Positions 38,461 to 55,452 of a DNA stretch of 64,000 bases are shown piece after piece. Origin of the DNA: Lingula anatina. Lineage: Eukaryota > Animalia > Brachiopoda. A program made the translations under genes and the position numbers. The stretch covers positions 4,092,001 through 4,156,000 of the forward strand of contig CM120641.1 of assembly GCA_051362555.1 (NCBI GenBank), in the 5' to 3' direction. How positions within the stretch are numbered: position 1 is the first letter of the stretch; each line of letters opens with the position of its first letter. The notes below the pieces were generated by a model that saw only the letters and a program-made list of their open reading frames with translations, did no database searches and was not told the origin of the DNA.

Positions 38461-40748
38461 CTTTTCGTCTTTTAAATAATCTCCAGGATATAACAACTAG
38501 GATATGATACAGTGATCTTAAAATAGAACAACAATTGGCAAAATTGTTAATGTTACGTAGGGTACACGCACCGTTTACCGATTTGCTTTGTTAATGACAC
38601 AACGTCCAAGCGTCACACCTTTCCATAGTTTTTCGAATGACGGACTGAGGAGGGGGAGCAGTAGGGGGGGTGTGAAGAATCAGAAAAGATACTTCAACGG
38701 AATACACAGATTTTTCTGTGTGTCAGTAAGCGATTTCTCATTTTAAAAAATGCTTGTATATAGTTGGCTCTGTTATCAGGGTTAAAACGATGGCATCTGC
38801 TTCTTTTTTATTTATGAATTCGTAAAAGTACACGTAATGGAGCCGGGCGGTCATTTTATCTACATATCGTCACGCTAAACGCACCGTCCGATATCCGTCT
38901 ATCTGACCAACGTGAATTGACCCCAGCAGTGTTAACCGCATTCTGAAATACCCCTGTGGGTATAAAAACCTAATTAAACATGCAAACGTGCAATTCGATC
39001 GACCCGTATTTGATATCATCAGGAATCATATGAAGAAGAAGTAAGGCAACATTTGACGTAGAATCAATATAAGACTTAACTGAGTTTATCAGTTGCCCTT
39101 GGTTACAGAATAAATTTTTGGGTTTAATCTATAGAACTCTATATAGCATCGTATGGAAAATTTCAGGGCAAGCTCCACTGGGTCCGCTCTTCCAATGTAA
39201 GTCAACTCAATAATTTGTTCAAAAGCTAAATGATAGTGTCTAAAGTACGTAAATCTACAGTGGTAAGCCGCTAGTACGGGCATAAATTTGGTAGACGTCA
39301 TCTGACAAACCCGTCTGAAGCACATGATTTGCAAACATTCGTTGTTAATAAAAGTAATCATTTCCAATGCAGTCCAAGATGAAATAGTGAATTAAATTGA
39401 CAATTTAAATTTAAATTTAAAAGAAGCAGTGTCGATCTCTGAACATATTGTATTAGTTGCGATTGTGTCGGAAAAGTCTATTGTGTCTTGTTTCTCTGAA
39501 AAATCTGGAAAATCACATTTTAACTATGCCTGAGCAGGTAGACATCGCGACGTGGTATCAAGGGGTGGGTTTCATTCACAAAATACTTTAACCCGATATT
39601 GGTCCTGTTAGACCAAAACCACAGTTTACTTTAACTGAAATAAAAAGTAGGAGTAATATATTGCACCTGTTTAATTTTTAAAATGCCTTTTGTTTCAGAC
39701 CTAATATGAATTAATTGGAACTGAAGTAGATCAAATGTTCTTCTAAAAGTTAGGACCGATTTTCGGACAAGAGTTCTTTGATAAAAATGATCCCTGAACT
39801 TACCTGTATTAACATTAGGGCCGGCAGAGATGGAATAATATTGGGAATGTAGGCCTATAGGGGGGCCTGCTCGGAAACGGTGGTATACACTCCTTGGATT
39901 TTATTTGCATGTAGGTCAGCAGTTTCGAATTTGTGAATTAACATATTTTGGAGGCATTTCACGTTGTAACGTGCTTTATGCATCAAATGTGTCCGACCCC
40001 CTTTAGCAAAAGTCAAAATACCTAGGTCTACCAATGCGAAGATAGTAGGCCTAATTATATTTCTTAACAGACCGCTAGCTGTCTCTCTTCGCAGAAGCAT
40101 ACCATACATATAATTAGTTATCAATGTTTTGGTCTATTTTGATACAACTGAATATGTTTTAAACTTATTATTTGTGCACGTGTTTCATACGTAGGCCTAC
40201 GTACGTGTCGGCTGAGGTTGGCCTACCGATCTATCACGCCCCCTCCCACCCTGGCAACCCCGGGATGCGTTAGGTGTGCGCTAATATGTATGAAGCAGGG
40301 TTACACATTTTCATTTTCCCATTTGAAATGTGATAATTTCTCTCAGTTGTATTGTATATAATTTTTTCGCAGAAAAACGGTTTCTTTTGGATCATTTAGG
40401 CCTATGCTGTATGCTTCCTCTCCTTCAGTGAAACGTAAAGTACAGTTCACTGTCGCTGCGGTATGCAAGAGGAACCCAACTTAATTGGTATCTGATTTAT
40501 AAAAAGTGCAAATTTCTTGGTAGAACATTACATAAATCCTTTGTAAAAATATTAAATGTGAATAGCTTTGCTATTAACAATATTCATACTTTTATTATCG
40601 GTTTTTGTGAATGTACCACTTTTTACTTGAGCACGTGGTTTCTGTTTTGAATGTTGCATTGTGGGTATGATATGGCGACAACATCGCCTTCCAGAACAGA
40701 TTAACCCTGATCGTAAGTTTCCCAGCCTCGATGCTCGTGAGTTTGTAA

Positions 40749-43344
<2,596 letters not shown>

Positions 43345-46300
43345 TTACCTGTATTTTTATTTTCCTCAACTTTTTTGTTAAATGTCAAATGATGAATAAA
43401 GTCATCATTTTCTTGATTAGATGACTGAATTTGGCATTTAAAAGATAAAGAACACTTGTGTATTTACAGTTGGTGCTTCAGTTGTAAATGTCCAAAATCC
43501 ATTAACCAAGAAAGAACCAACCTGCAATGTTTGTAGAATTTATTTTATGCCTTGGCACGACCAAAAACTTTAAACATGGTGAATGCACTTAGCATATATA
43601 GATTTAGCTTTACATAGTATGTGTTCTATCCTTTTGTTACAGAAATCTTATTTTATCTTAAAAGGTATATATTTCAGGTTGCACACAAGTTGTCAAAATG
43701 TAGATTTATTTGATGTTCTGTTTTGCTATTTAAAATGTACAAGTCATTCTGGTGTATACGTAAAGAAAGAGAACCATATGTGTTGTGAGACAAAAAGGAA
43801 AATTTGAGAAAAGAAAAAACTGTCTGAATCCAGACACCATAAGTTTCAGAGTTCATAGGAAACTCTCCTCTAAGTGACATATCTAGCGGAATCTATCAGA
43901 ATGATTGTTAAGATGTAACTTGTAAAAAGTGAAAGTTTACACACTCAAAAGAAAAGTTATTTGAACAAGATAAACTAGGATGAACTTAGATGATAGGAGT
44001 TGTTTATTGAGTTGTTTCAGATTTATATTGGAAGAAGCTGTGTTATTCTGCTTGACAATCTTCTATACCCTGTAGGATTTATTTTTCAAAAATACACAAT
44101 ACTGTTGTAAGTGACATAAAACATAGATGTACCATAAGACATTACAGTTTTTGATTTTTGTTGTTAGACTTTGATTGTATGTAAATACATAAAATTGTCT
44201 TTGGATGGTTAAAACTTATCCTGCTCTTTGTATTGTTTTCTTGCGTAAGCCACTCACATTGTAAGAGGTTTTAAATGGATGATGTTAATGATTCAGTGTA
44301 CAAATTATAACTTGAATAAAGGTTCAATGATAATTTTGAAGTACATTTGTCAAAAAATATCCCTCAACCTTGACACGTTGTCTAAGTTACCTCTATGATT
44401 GTACAATAATGGAAATAATTTATAGCACATTATGCAACTCCAGCTTTGAGGAAAATGGAGATATTACATGGCACTTTTGTCAGTAAGTTAAAGGTATTAT
44501 AATCAAGTTTTTTGTGTCCAATCTAATTTTCTTCAAGAAACGCTCATTTCTCCTTCTCACAAACCATGCATTCCTCAACTGCAGACCTTAGAGACTTCGC
44601 AGACTTACTAGTAGCTGTTCCTGATCTCAAATCTCTGGTTTGCTGATTGTGAATGCTAAATAAACTACTCAAACTGCGATACCTTATAATTGTTGGTTGG
44701 GAGCACTGCAATCAAATCAGGAACCATTAATCCACTTAGTAATACCTACTTGTTTGCTACATTCCATAAGCGCTTTTACATCTTCAAGCGACGTAACACG
44801 CCTTCATATCATATACCCTGTACTTTTCTTTTAGTATTTTCTGCTGCTCAAAATAGGAAAAGAATCAATAATTATCTTACCATGCTGTTGGAAAATCCGC
44901 TACTACCTCGCACTCAGGTATCAGCTCCTGTGTACCTCCAGCAAAAAATGACCAGCCAATTCAACTTCCTACTTCTGACACAATCAACGTCTGTAGCCCT
45001 CTATTGTTCATGCTTTTTATGTGATGCTTGCAACCACAAATTTTAAGTTCGCGCCATTATATGGTGGTGATATCGCAGTTTGAGTTATTAATTTGGCAAA
45101 CTCTTAATCCGAGGCTAAAGATCGCAAACGGCAATGTTCTGAACATGCTTATGTCCTGAAGTGTCATTTGGCAGAAAACAAATCCTACTAACAAAACAAT
45201 ATTTGCAAAAAATCAAAAGGGGCAACTTCACTTGGATTGCGATGTGTCCCACGGACGATAGTGGATGTCCACTGAAATCTTGTCAAAATTGGTGGAAATT
45301 ATCGCAGCCACTGCTTCAACATTTAAAAAAGAATCAAATTGCGCTAGATGCGATGAAAGTGTCTGTTGCAATAAGGAAGAAAAGAATTGTGTTTGGTGAG
45401 AAGCACTGCCAGATAAACACAATCACCTCCGTACCGGCGGAGTTTCTTGCACTCAAGCTGGTTCTGACGACGCATTTCTAAAAAATATTCTTCATTTATT
45501 CACTAATGCAAAAGTAAATGATGAGATTTGTATTTGCAAAAAAAAAGTAAACAAAAAATGGCTTGCTTTAAAAAGAGGTCTTGTTCGAAATTGTTTTCAA
45601 ATCTAAGTATCATTTTTAAAACATTTTGTTGAATACGAAGGCAATCAAAAACAAAGCATTTCATAAACAGCATTTAAGTCATATCCAACAGGTGGGTTTA
45701 TTATCAAATATAGTATCAACAATAATTCCAGTCTTACATAAAATTAATTTTTGAATAATATACAATAAGAAGTCATCTTCAAATCAAGTCGAAATCTAAC
45801 CAATGACATGAACAGAGCATAGACCGGTGTAATTGTAAGATAAGAGCAAATCTTTTATTCATAAAACAAACAAACAAATAACAACAACACAGAAAATATG
45901 TCCTAGAGGGTGCAGTGCTAAATGTATAGCTCCTTTTTATGGGAGTTAAGAAGTATTCAGGAAGAACGGTGGCAGTGAAAACCAGCATCGCCCTAGTTTT
46001 TCCTTTGAATAGTTTCTAGCCGTGTTAAATAAAGAAATTAGTGTAAACATCCGCGCATACACGCGTATCAGGGCGTCAGATTATTTTATGAGGTTCTGTA
46101 AGAGTGTATTTCGTCAGAAAATACAAATAAAACTTCCAAGGAAACTATACACCGAACACTTAACAGCGAAACTTCATTAAAGGTACAATACACGGACACA
46201 TTATCCGTGGCTGGAAACAAATATTTTCCCCCACTTTGTTTTGGTTCTGGTTATTTTCAAATATTTCAATTGGTTGTAATGTGAACTTTGGTGAATTCGT

Positions 46301-47513
46301 TAGCAACGAAGAATACCTTTTTAATAAAGGCGCTATTTATAGTCTTTACAATATTAAAATATTTTACAACATAAGAGTAAAATGCATTTTTTTGCGGGAG
46401 GTAGGCGATCATGTACCGTAAAATAGAAAAAAAGTGATATTTATGTGCAGACATACACACAAAAACAAGCTTAGTGGTGGTGCTATTTCACATTCCAGCC
46501 CTTCTGATTTAAACACACTTATGTACTGAATGTCATTTTTCTGCTGTTCATAAACATCTTAATAATATCTTGTGTCATAACAGTTAGTTACTCGGTCTCA
46601 TATAAGGCTCTAATAAATAAGTATTCAAGTGAACATCTATATACAAGACAGTTTGACATGGTATCGTGCAGACAACGTCGGGTTATACCGTAAATTTAGC
46701 ATCCGAGATACGGAATCAGCCGAGTTATTCCGAAAGGCACGACATGACACAATGCCACATCAACTATGCCAGATTTCGCATGGTTTTTGAGACTATGCCA
46801 GATAGTCAGGTTGAGGTAGTTTATCCTTAATAATAATAATAATAAAGATTATGATGATAATGAGCAAGTTACTCTTAGAGAAATAATCCATGTAACCTGA
46901 CTTTTCCCCTGCAAGAAATGTTCGAGTGAAGGTAATGCGACCAGGGTTCCAGAATAGAATTATCTACAGATGTGAGACATAAAACACTGTCCTATTCTTT
47001 TCCTCGGCATTTTGTAAAACCTTTCACCGGAAATGGATATTAGTTAACTTACATTCCTATCTTAGTAAAGTTAAATTTTCAGGACCAAAAAGGGGCATAA
47101 ACAGATCAAATACAGACGAACCGACGTGCAAGCTGCACGTATTCAGTTCCCCCTTTTTTCAATGTATTGATAAACACACAATTTACGTTACTTTTTCGAC
47201 AGGCAGTGATTTTTCTGTGTGGGACGCGGAGCAGATCTTACCAAGTTTACGGCCACATTTGCCGTCCATTACTGATGTCTTGGACTGATAGGCACTTATA
47301 AGCACTTAAAACAAAAGACAAGGTGTCTAGACCGCACTTTCCTGACCACACAGTTCCTGAAAGTTTCAACCTTCCAGGGCACATTGCTCGGCCTTTCAAA
47401 CTGCATATTGGCTGCCGATTTAAATATCCATCGAGAGGTAGACCTGCGCTCGAAATAATACCCGTCTTCGTTGCATATGATTACTTAAATGCTGACTTTG
47501 GCCGTGGTTTCTG

Positions 47514-50500
47514 CTATCTGCACGCACACGACTCCACTGACATTCCTGGGTAATTTTTTAGCACTACGTTTCGCTGCTCGTCGTAGTAAAGGAGCGTCAC
47601 TGAGGACAGAGAGTTGGGCACGCAGCAAGGCGCCGGAACCTGGTTCTGGAGGCCTACAGCATGCACGATACTCTGAATAGCGGCATGGTTCGTTGGTCTT
47701 GACCCCTGGAATTACAAGTAAAAATAATTGTAAATGAACGATTTCGATGATTTTGTATGATAAAGACGACTATTCTATAAAAAAATTTATATAATTTTGA
47801 AAAAGATAAGAACGTAAAAATTCGATTTATTGTGTTAGCGCTCGAACGGATATAGCATAAAGAGTTATTCGTAGCTTAAATAATATCAGGGTTGGTTGCC
47901 GCTTGTTCTTGAAATGGATTTATCTTTTCTTCAATGGAAAATTGGCTTTAACACTGTCGTCTTCGAACTGAAAACTGTTAAAGAAAGAGGCTAGAACTAC
48001 ATGAACCACAAATCAAGTTTATCGCGTTGGGTGAACATATCCCGGAAGTTGGATATAATGTTAATCAATGCACGCCAAGAACTTTGTCCCCAGAATTGCA
48101 CTAGTTTAACTTCATTTTATACAATGAATACACTATGAAAATGTATCCACCACGCCTTTAGTCAGGAAAGCATTCATCAGGTGGCGTGTGGGAGCAAACC
48201 TATCACAAATGCCTTGTAAGCGCCAGGTGTTCAACGAGATTTAAGAATTAGAAATGTGGGAAACGCATACTGTACTTTGTTAAGGCAATGAAAATACTCC
48301 GCACATGGCCATAAACGAGAAATGCATTTCTATTCGAGGTATTTTCTTCCCGTAACACTTTCAAGAAATAATAAGGATTTTTTCTTTAGGAAAAGTAAAC
48401 AATGCTTTTTCTGTCCATTCTGTTTTACTCACGAAAAAAATATTTTCCTGTTGGCAAGCATATCTAACAGCTTCCTCTAATAATATAAACATTTACAGAA
48501 TTTAAAGAGAATCCTGTTATTTTTCACCATAATTCCTTTTCGAGCTTTTAAGGGGGATAATAAGGGGTATAAAACAGGGTTCTGTACATCGAGCCTGGTT
48601 TCGGCGAGATATCCATCCACCTGTTGCCAAGTATGCCATTTCAAAGGCTATTTTAAAAGGAGATGAATGTGGAAGATCTACAGTACATTACTTATCCATC
48701 TTTTTGGAGGAAGCAATTTGTCACGACTGCGATAACTCAAATTCATATTACCATATCTTACATATGGTTAACGGCAATACGATCTAACAGGAAAGTCATT
48801 GTCTTTCCTCGATGCAAAAATTTTTAAGGTCAGCGAAAAAAAATGAGTTAAAATTAATGGCATGAGTCGCTGAACATTCCAGGGGAGATCTAATACAAAG
48901 CATGTTCACCCGTATTAGTGTGCAGACATTTGGAAACCGACTAAAAGTGACACTCACATTTAGCAACAGGCCAACAATGAAAAACACGACAGATTGAAAG
49001 GGCTTGGTTTCATTTGTGATGGCTATCTAAGTGTTGTTTATTTGTGACGGTTGGCTGAATGGCCACGTCGGGTTCAGTACTGATACCACATTGTGGGCTG
49101 TCAACTTTCAACTTCGGGTGACACAAAACTGACGACAGGGGGTGCATTTTGCAGTTTGTGATTTCCAATGACATCCATTAAGATTGATTACCGCTATCAA
49201 ATCCGCATCATTATGAAAAGAATGTGCGCATCCCGCCCCGTTGAAATTCTAGTCTCCCCATTCAATGAGGGCCATTTAGTTCAAAACGCGGGCCTCTTTA
49301 CCAGCTTGTCTTTTCCATTAGTTGAGATTTCATGCTTATTGCCACACTAAATGAAAAGATGTTTTATTATGGCAGTACGGAAAAATACGTCTTCGGCACT
49401 GTCGCCGTTACGTTTAGTGAGAGAGAAAGAAAAAATTGCACAAATTATGCCTACCGTTCCTAATGGAAATACGCATTCCCCTGAGCAATAATGGGCGCCA
49501 AATGATTTTGGAGCAATAATCCACTGATCCCAGCCAATATCTGCAAAGTCTACAATTAACTTTCTACGTCCACAAGATCGACTTTGTTCCAAGTTGTCTT
49601 TAACGTCACTTTCGCTTGCTTTGTTCTCGTCCTGAGATATGCCGTCGTCTTTAGCATTCCACTTTCGCGGCAACAGACGTTGCTTTCTCTGTCTCTGTTT
49701 CTTCCGGTGCTTTTTTTGATTGCGTCTTTTGTTTTTGTACCATTCTGGTGATGGTAATAACTGAAGATGAGAGAGTTTTTGAAGTGTTTTAGTCCTTCCC
49801 TGGATCATGTTTGGATGCGATTCAGGAATACTGTTAATCCTGGGACTAGGGGTGCTTGGCTCCAGGTCAAGATGCTCAGGAATTTCATTGTCAAATATTG
49901 AACGCCGATTGCGTTCTGAGTCAAGTTTGTGATTTGTCACCTCCTCCTGGATGGCCTCGTTTTTATTTTTGTCTAAATATTTTAAGTCGTCTGGATGCAA
50001 TCTAGTAGTGATGTGATCTAATGAAATATTCTGATTCTCGTTCGAAAATACCACCAAAAATGGTGCGTCGTGTTTATGGACGAACTTGTGCAATTTTATC
50101 GTCCTTTTTCGCCCATCGTACCTTGTGGTGGTGAACGTCACAGCCAGAAGATGAGGCTGCGGCCTTCGTGTTGCTAGGCAACTCCTGGTTGCCTCGGTTA
50201 CATCATGGACCTGCCATCGCGCCCGACTCCGAGGAGGGATATCAATCTTTGCCATTTCGCTCATGTACTGTGGCGCCACCTCGTACACAACCATCTGAAG
50301 ATCTGCCAAGTCCCTCAGTTTTTTCTTAAACATGTGAATATGGGCGCCGAAGACTCTCTCCGACGGTTTGACGGAACTGAGATTAAACATCAGCATTTTT
50401 TCTCCGTTCACCGTGCCTGTAGAAAAAAGAATAATAATAACTTTATAATTGCGAGGAATGATAAGCATTTGTTGATAGGCATGCCGTAAGTTACTGGTGG

Positions 50501-52743
50501 GGATTAACAATATTGACAGTTTCCTGGCTACTCATACATTATACTAATCCAAGCACTGAGTGGCATCATAATTCGTTTACAAGTGGAGTTCTAATTAAGC
50601 AAGTTAAGCACAATCTGCTTGTCGCCTACTTGACTGCGTCCGTTAAAGACGGGAGGGAGGGGAAGGAGGCTGAACACTACCGTGATGATTTTAATTAATA
50701 TCATTTACACCAATAGCAAAGGCCTTGTTACTGTGTTATCAACCTGTCGCATGCTTCGAAGCTTGGTTTCACCACATAGTATAATTAATTTTCCGTATTA
50801 CATTCGGCATAATTCAGGTCATTTAGGGGTCGTGAGGAATGTAAATGACACTTAAAGAGAAGCATGTAGACGGCGTTTTCTCGGCTGCCCACATATCAAA
50901 AGACGAGGGTAAGAGATTAAAAGGTAACGCCCCATCTCAAACACGCGTGCCACAACTTCATTTGTTGATCTTTGTTATTTGACGTCTCCTTATAATGAAT
51001 GGCAGTATTTCACCCAGAGGTGACAATACCATTCAGGTGTCAAAAGGGCCTCTTTGTTCCGGTAGCATTTATTTGGATGTCCCTATTTTAATCTGTTGTA
51101 AACTGCTTTCTTAATCAGGAACTTTGTAAAAACGGTACTTTGTAGAAACGGCACTTTAAGGTCCAATACTGTTATAAGTAGAATGTGGATATAAATATTA
51201 AACAAGTTTAAGTCTTGCCAGATCAACGTAATACAGTCCTTCGACTCTTTACAATGACATGCATAAATTTGGAACATATGGTCTTCAAGTGGATGTTGTT
51301 TAGTGGGAAGTCAAACGATAAGAGTAGTAAAAAGTGGGCAGCGGAGAGCAACAGAGGCTAAGTGCCCGCCATGTTGTGGTTCTTATGCCTATTAAGTGGC
51401 CATCAATCCCCGTTTCTGTTTTATGTTTTGAGATCTGTTTACGCGGAAGAGTAAACACTAGAATTTCTCTCCATGCTGCAAACCACTTCCAAGAGAATAC
51501 TCTGTGCTCAATCACCTACGTATGTTTATATATATATATATATCGATCCCTGAACAGCGAATCAAAGCGACCCGTAAAATCGAAGATCGGCATGCCGCGA
51601 CGGCCGTGCGCCCTTTCCCAAAAGCGTTTTGGATAAATGCGATAGCATTCTTAGGATGGTGGGGAGACTTAGGTAAATTAACCACTCCCATTTATTCCGC
51701 TGTTCCCTCCCTCCCTCCATGAGGAATCAACGTTCATAACTTTTTCAGTCTAGTTGGGGATTGCTCATATTCTTTTTCACCGATGGCACCAGGCTGGCAT
51801 TGAAATTCAAGAAATCAATTCTATTATTACGCTAAATGGACATGGCAGTAAAACCTTAATTTGATAGTTTTGGGATTAGACTTGAAATTACGGTGATTAT
51901 TTCAGTTATCAACGTCATTATCATGTGATTAGGAAGTCTAACTGCTTCTAAGTATGGGAACGCGAAAAATTATCCCAACATTATATTTGGCAACTGGTAT
52001 CTTCAAAGTTTTGTCTTGTACTGCCTCCGGCAGTCCTTCCTACCCTTCGTGATTCGGTTTTGGTAATACCTTAACTTCAGACTTTGAAGAAAAAAAAACT
52101 GGACCGAGAAGTTTGTCGTTCAAGGAATGTCCGCTATCAGAAGGGTAGATCGTTGCTTTATCAGGCTGAGTTTTATCAGGCGCACCAGGTGGTTGAGGAA
52201 ATGATGTATGCCTCTTGAAGAAATAGCGCGAACGCCAAAGGTTACAGTAACATATAAGATTATTGTATAACACCTTTAAAATATGGCATTCTGTGGAATC
52301 ATTCCTGGCAGTCAAGCCGCATAACATGCACATACATACAAGGTAGTATAACAGAGAAAAGGTTAAACAACAACGCAGCTAAACAACAAGAAGAGAGAAA
52401 AAAAACGCTATCGGCCTTGGTTCACGTACTCACCAATTTCTGGATGAAGACACCTTACAGTGTTCCCTCTCTGCTTTCCCCTCCGAACTCGTCCATATTT
52501 AAACTGCTCATATAGATCTAACATAAACTTGGGTGGTTCGTCTTTTCCCTTAGGCTCCGGTAATAACTGCTTGTCCTTTGTAAAGTCTTTAAAATCCAAC
52601 AAATGTTGAACAGCTTTATGCAGTAGAATGTTTCTTCTGTCCATCCACTGGTGATCCGCGTAAATCCGGTGAACAGAAAAGAAAACCGCGAATAGAATCA
52701 CAACACTCTGTAGAGGTTGAACTGTCAAAAAAGGCATGTGCAT
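47514..52743 (-). CDS. BMP3: TGF-beta superfamily ligand, BMP3/GDF10 subfamily, 3 exons, 487 aa
   Basis: Exons (-): 52434-52743, 49455-50416, 47514-47705 (1464 nt; phases 1,0). Signal peptide, prodomain PPKFMLDLY...GNTVR, furin site RNRR followed by SIFDNEIP. Mature domain [38 protein letters not shown]...[15 protein letters not shown]...PCCVP...[18 protein letters not shown], closest to BMP3/GDF10 (DFADIGW, IQSIVxAVG, VESCACR). Confidence 0.93.
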
Positions 52744-55209
52744 CTTCGGTCTCTGTGTTAAATAAACTGATGTGGTTACATCCAATGTAAAACTGACACC
52801 AAGCGTGCACACCACGGTTTTCCTGGCCAACGAAAAGTTGAGAGCAATCTTCCGCGTGTGCGTCGCATTTCAGTTCGTCGGTCGGTCAGTCAGTCAGTCG
52901 CTGTCACTGCCGTTGTTGGGAGCGTATGGTAAGTTCCCCGTGGCTTGTCGCCAGTGATTTACAACCACCCCCGTGTCATTGACTTCATTGCTTTCGGTCA
53001 CGATAACTGCGACAGCAACGCGAGTGAGCGAGTTACGTTGAAAGCGTCCCTGACGGCGTTCTCGGATAAAACGTGCGCGTACTACTATAATACCCCCTTC
53101 TTCAATAAAACTCACTGGCTGTGTATGCCTGTATTCCCAGAGAGAGGGGGATTCTGATTCTTTGCGCGTGTGCGTTCCTTGAGATGACTTGGTTATGAAT
53201 GGGGTTTGCTTACGTTTCAAGGACCACTTATAAGAGCTAGCCAATCATATGGGCTGTCTCCAGTGGGGCCTGCTATGCTTCAGATCCCACTTTGTAGCGG
53301 CTGAGCAAACTGGCTCCGAGAGTCTGCCGCGATGAAGATATTACGTGTAATCAATCCCAGCCAACGGAGCCGTCCCCATTGTCTATGAAATAAACGCCCC
53401 GGAGCGACACAAGGAGTATGCCGCCATCCACACCCCCGTTTAATACGACGGCTTCTGATGAGGAAGACTAATTATAAAACACGCGCTTTATAGGAAACAA
53501 TTAAATGCAACATGAAAAACATAAAAACAGGGCAAGTATGGAAATTAAAACGCGTAACGATAAATGCAAATTCCGTTAGCAAGATATGAGACTGATAAGG
53601 CGGTGTTTCCGCAAGGCCAGGTCGTTTCATTACAGCACAAGCGCTACGGTGCACTGACATGTCAACTACACCCAAGGGTGTGACAAGCTTCTACTCACCT
53701 GAAACGAAATTGTCACACCTTTCGTCGCGGTGACCGGTGTCCACATCGCACTCACACGGATACATACACGATGGCAATGTGATGAGGAGACTGATGTCTT
53801 GTTCGGACACCCTAAACATTTGATCGTCGCTTGTATCTTTACTCTTTATAAGTCTGCATCACATTCTTCTTAACACCGTAACAAGATACATGTATATAAA
53901 GTTCTAAAAATATACGGAGAAAAAATAAATTTATCAGATTGAACTAAAAAGGTGGTTGTGCCAAGATACTGATACCAGCTTGATAATTTAAGAACGTGAA
54001 AAAGAAAGAATTCCACTTGTCGACAATAAAACATTTTTCTTCGGGTTTGTATTTTTATATGAAAACAAATCCATGTATCGTTATAACGGGGCGTCTAGCG
54101 GAAATATTTAAGGTCAAAATTCCTATCCACTTGTGCGATAAGAATTATCCGCGCCGATTTCCTAAAAGAGGACAATGCCAAGTTATAAAACCATCCATAA
54201 AAAATTTAGATTTTAAAATCCTTCGAGTCAACGTTAATTCGAATTACTTTCCTTCCAGTAAAACGTCATGTCATGTCTTGGCTGATATGTTTACGAACTT
54301 GTGCGTGTGCGTTGGTTTGGAATCAAGTGTCACCCAAACATTTTTCCCTTTCTTTGTCCGCCATTTAATCTACAATTCCTGTCAAAGTTCAGGCCCGGCA
54401 TTGAGACTGAACCCCGCAGTATACTTGTTAGAGAAAAACTGGTAAATATCTCATCGTTTGTTTATGTCGTAATTAGAAACAGTTAGAGAAATCTAAAGAT
54501 AACGGGGTCAGTGCCTAGTAATTAAGAAATGATTGACAAATTTCAAAGAGGGGACAGGGAACATCAAAGAAACATTAAAAGCTAAGTTATCTTTATATAT
54601 TTGACTTCTGCTTTTTTCTAACCGTTCCTTCTTTACGGGTGGTCCGCCCTTAACTGAGAGCCCGATCTTGTTCAGGTATTGCTCTAAAGCATTATCAGTT
54701 CTGTCCATCTACCTCCTATTTAATAACACTTTCAAGAGAAATGGAAGGTCCTTCAGATCCTTCTTCTTGTTAATGGAAAGTACTAGCTGCAACGCTACCC
54801 TCATTAAAGGCTGACAATAGCTTTTCTTAGCCGCTAATCGACGCAGAATAACTCGACAAATTATGAAAGACTGGAGAATGTCTTCTCTGATAATAGTCAC
54901 ATTACTCACTATATCCTGCCGTCGTTTTTGAAAACGACTTTTGATATATAGACTTCGAAGCTGTACGTTTATATCTTAATTTTTCATACTTTTATTTCAT
55001 ATCATTATTATTAATATTATTATTAATATTATTATTACTAGTATTATTTTCATTGAACGCGATGTAAAAGCGTTTTCTCTGTTAACTTTATTTTATTTTA
55101 TTCCATTTCTTTTTCTTTCTTTCTTTAGTTATTTGAGAAGGGCCTTTCAAAATGAAAAGCAAATATTTACCATAATTACTTATATAAGAATGCAGCTGTA
55201 AGGAGTACT

Positions 55210-55452
55210 GACCCCCACCCCTACGATTTCTGATTTAAAAGAACGCACCAAAAACGTCTACCTGAATCATAGTTCGAAACCGTACCAAATGGCGCCATTT
55301 GCCCTCCAAAGCACCAATTTTTTTTTCGGGGCCCTCGAGCGTGCTCCGAACCTGACGCCAAGGGTTTGAGGGTTGGCTTCGCAATCCAAGGCCTGTCAAT
55401 CCCTAAAAAACCGGACCCCCCCCCCCCCTTTAAAAATCTGGATCCGCATTTG
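55210..55452. mobile_element. Degenerate MITE fragment (C-tract followed by CTGGATCCGC-type right end)
   Basis: GC-rich island ending CCCCCCC-TTTAAAAATCTGGATCCGC, resembling the ends of common invertebrate hAT-like MITEs. Left TIR and TSD not found. Confidence 0.4.

Noticed and set aside
45161-45481. 106-aa ORF and a Cys-rich alternative frame
   Set aside because: No family match, no convincing splice structure, stops in the Cys-rich frame.
49347-50510. 387-aa ORF treated as a standalone gene
   Set aside because: It is BMP3 exon 2 (49455-50416) plus intron read-through; it lacks the signal peptide and the last cysteines.
53305-53375. Smad-like GGAGCC/CAGAC pair upstream of BMP3 (autoregulatory BRE)
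   Set aside because: Spacing is 4 nt rather than the canonical 5; short motifs are expected by chance.
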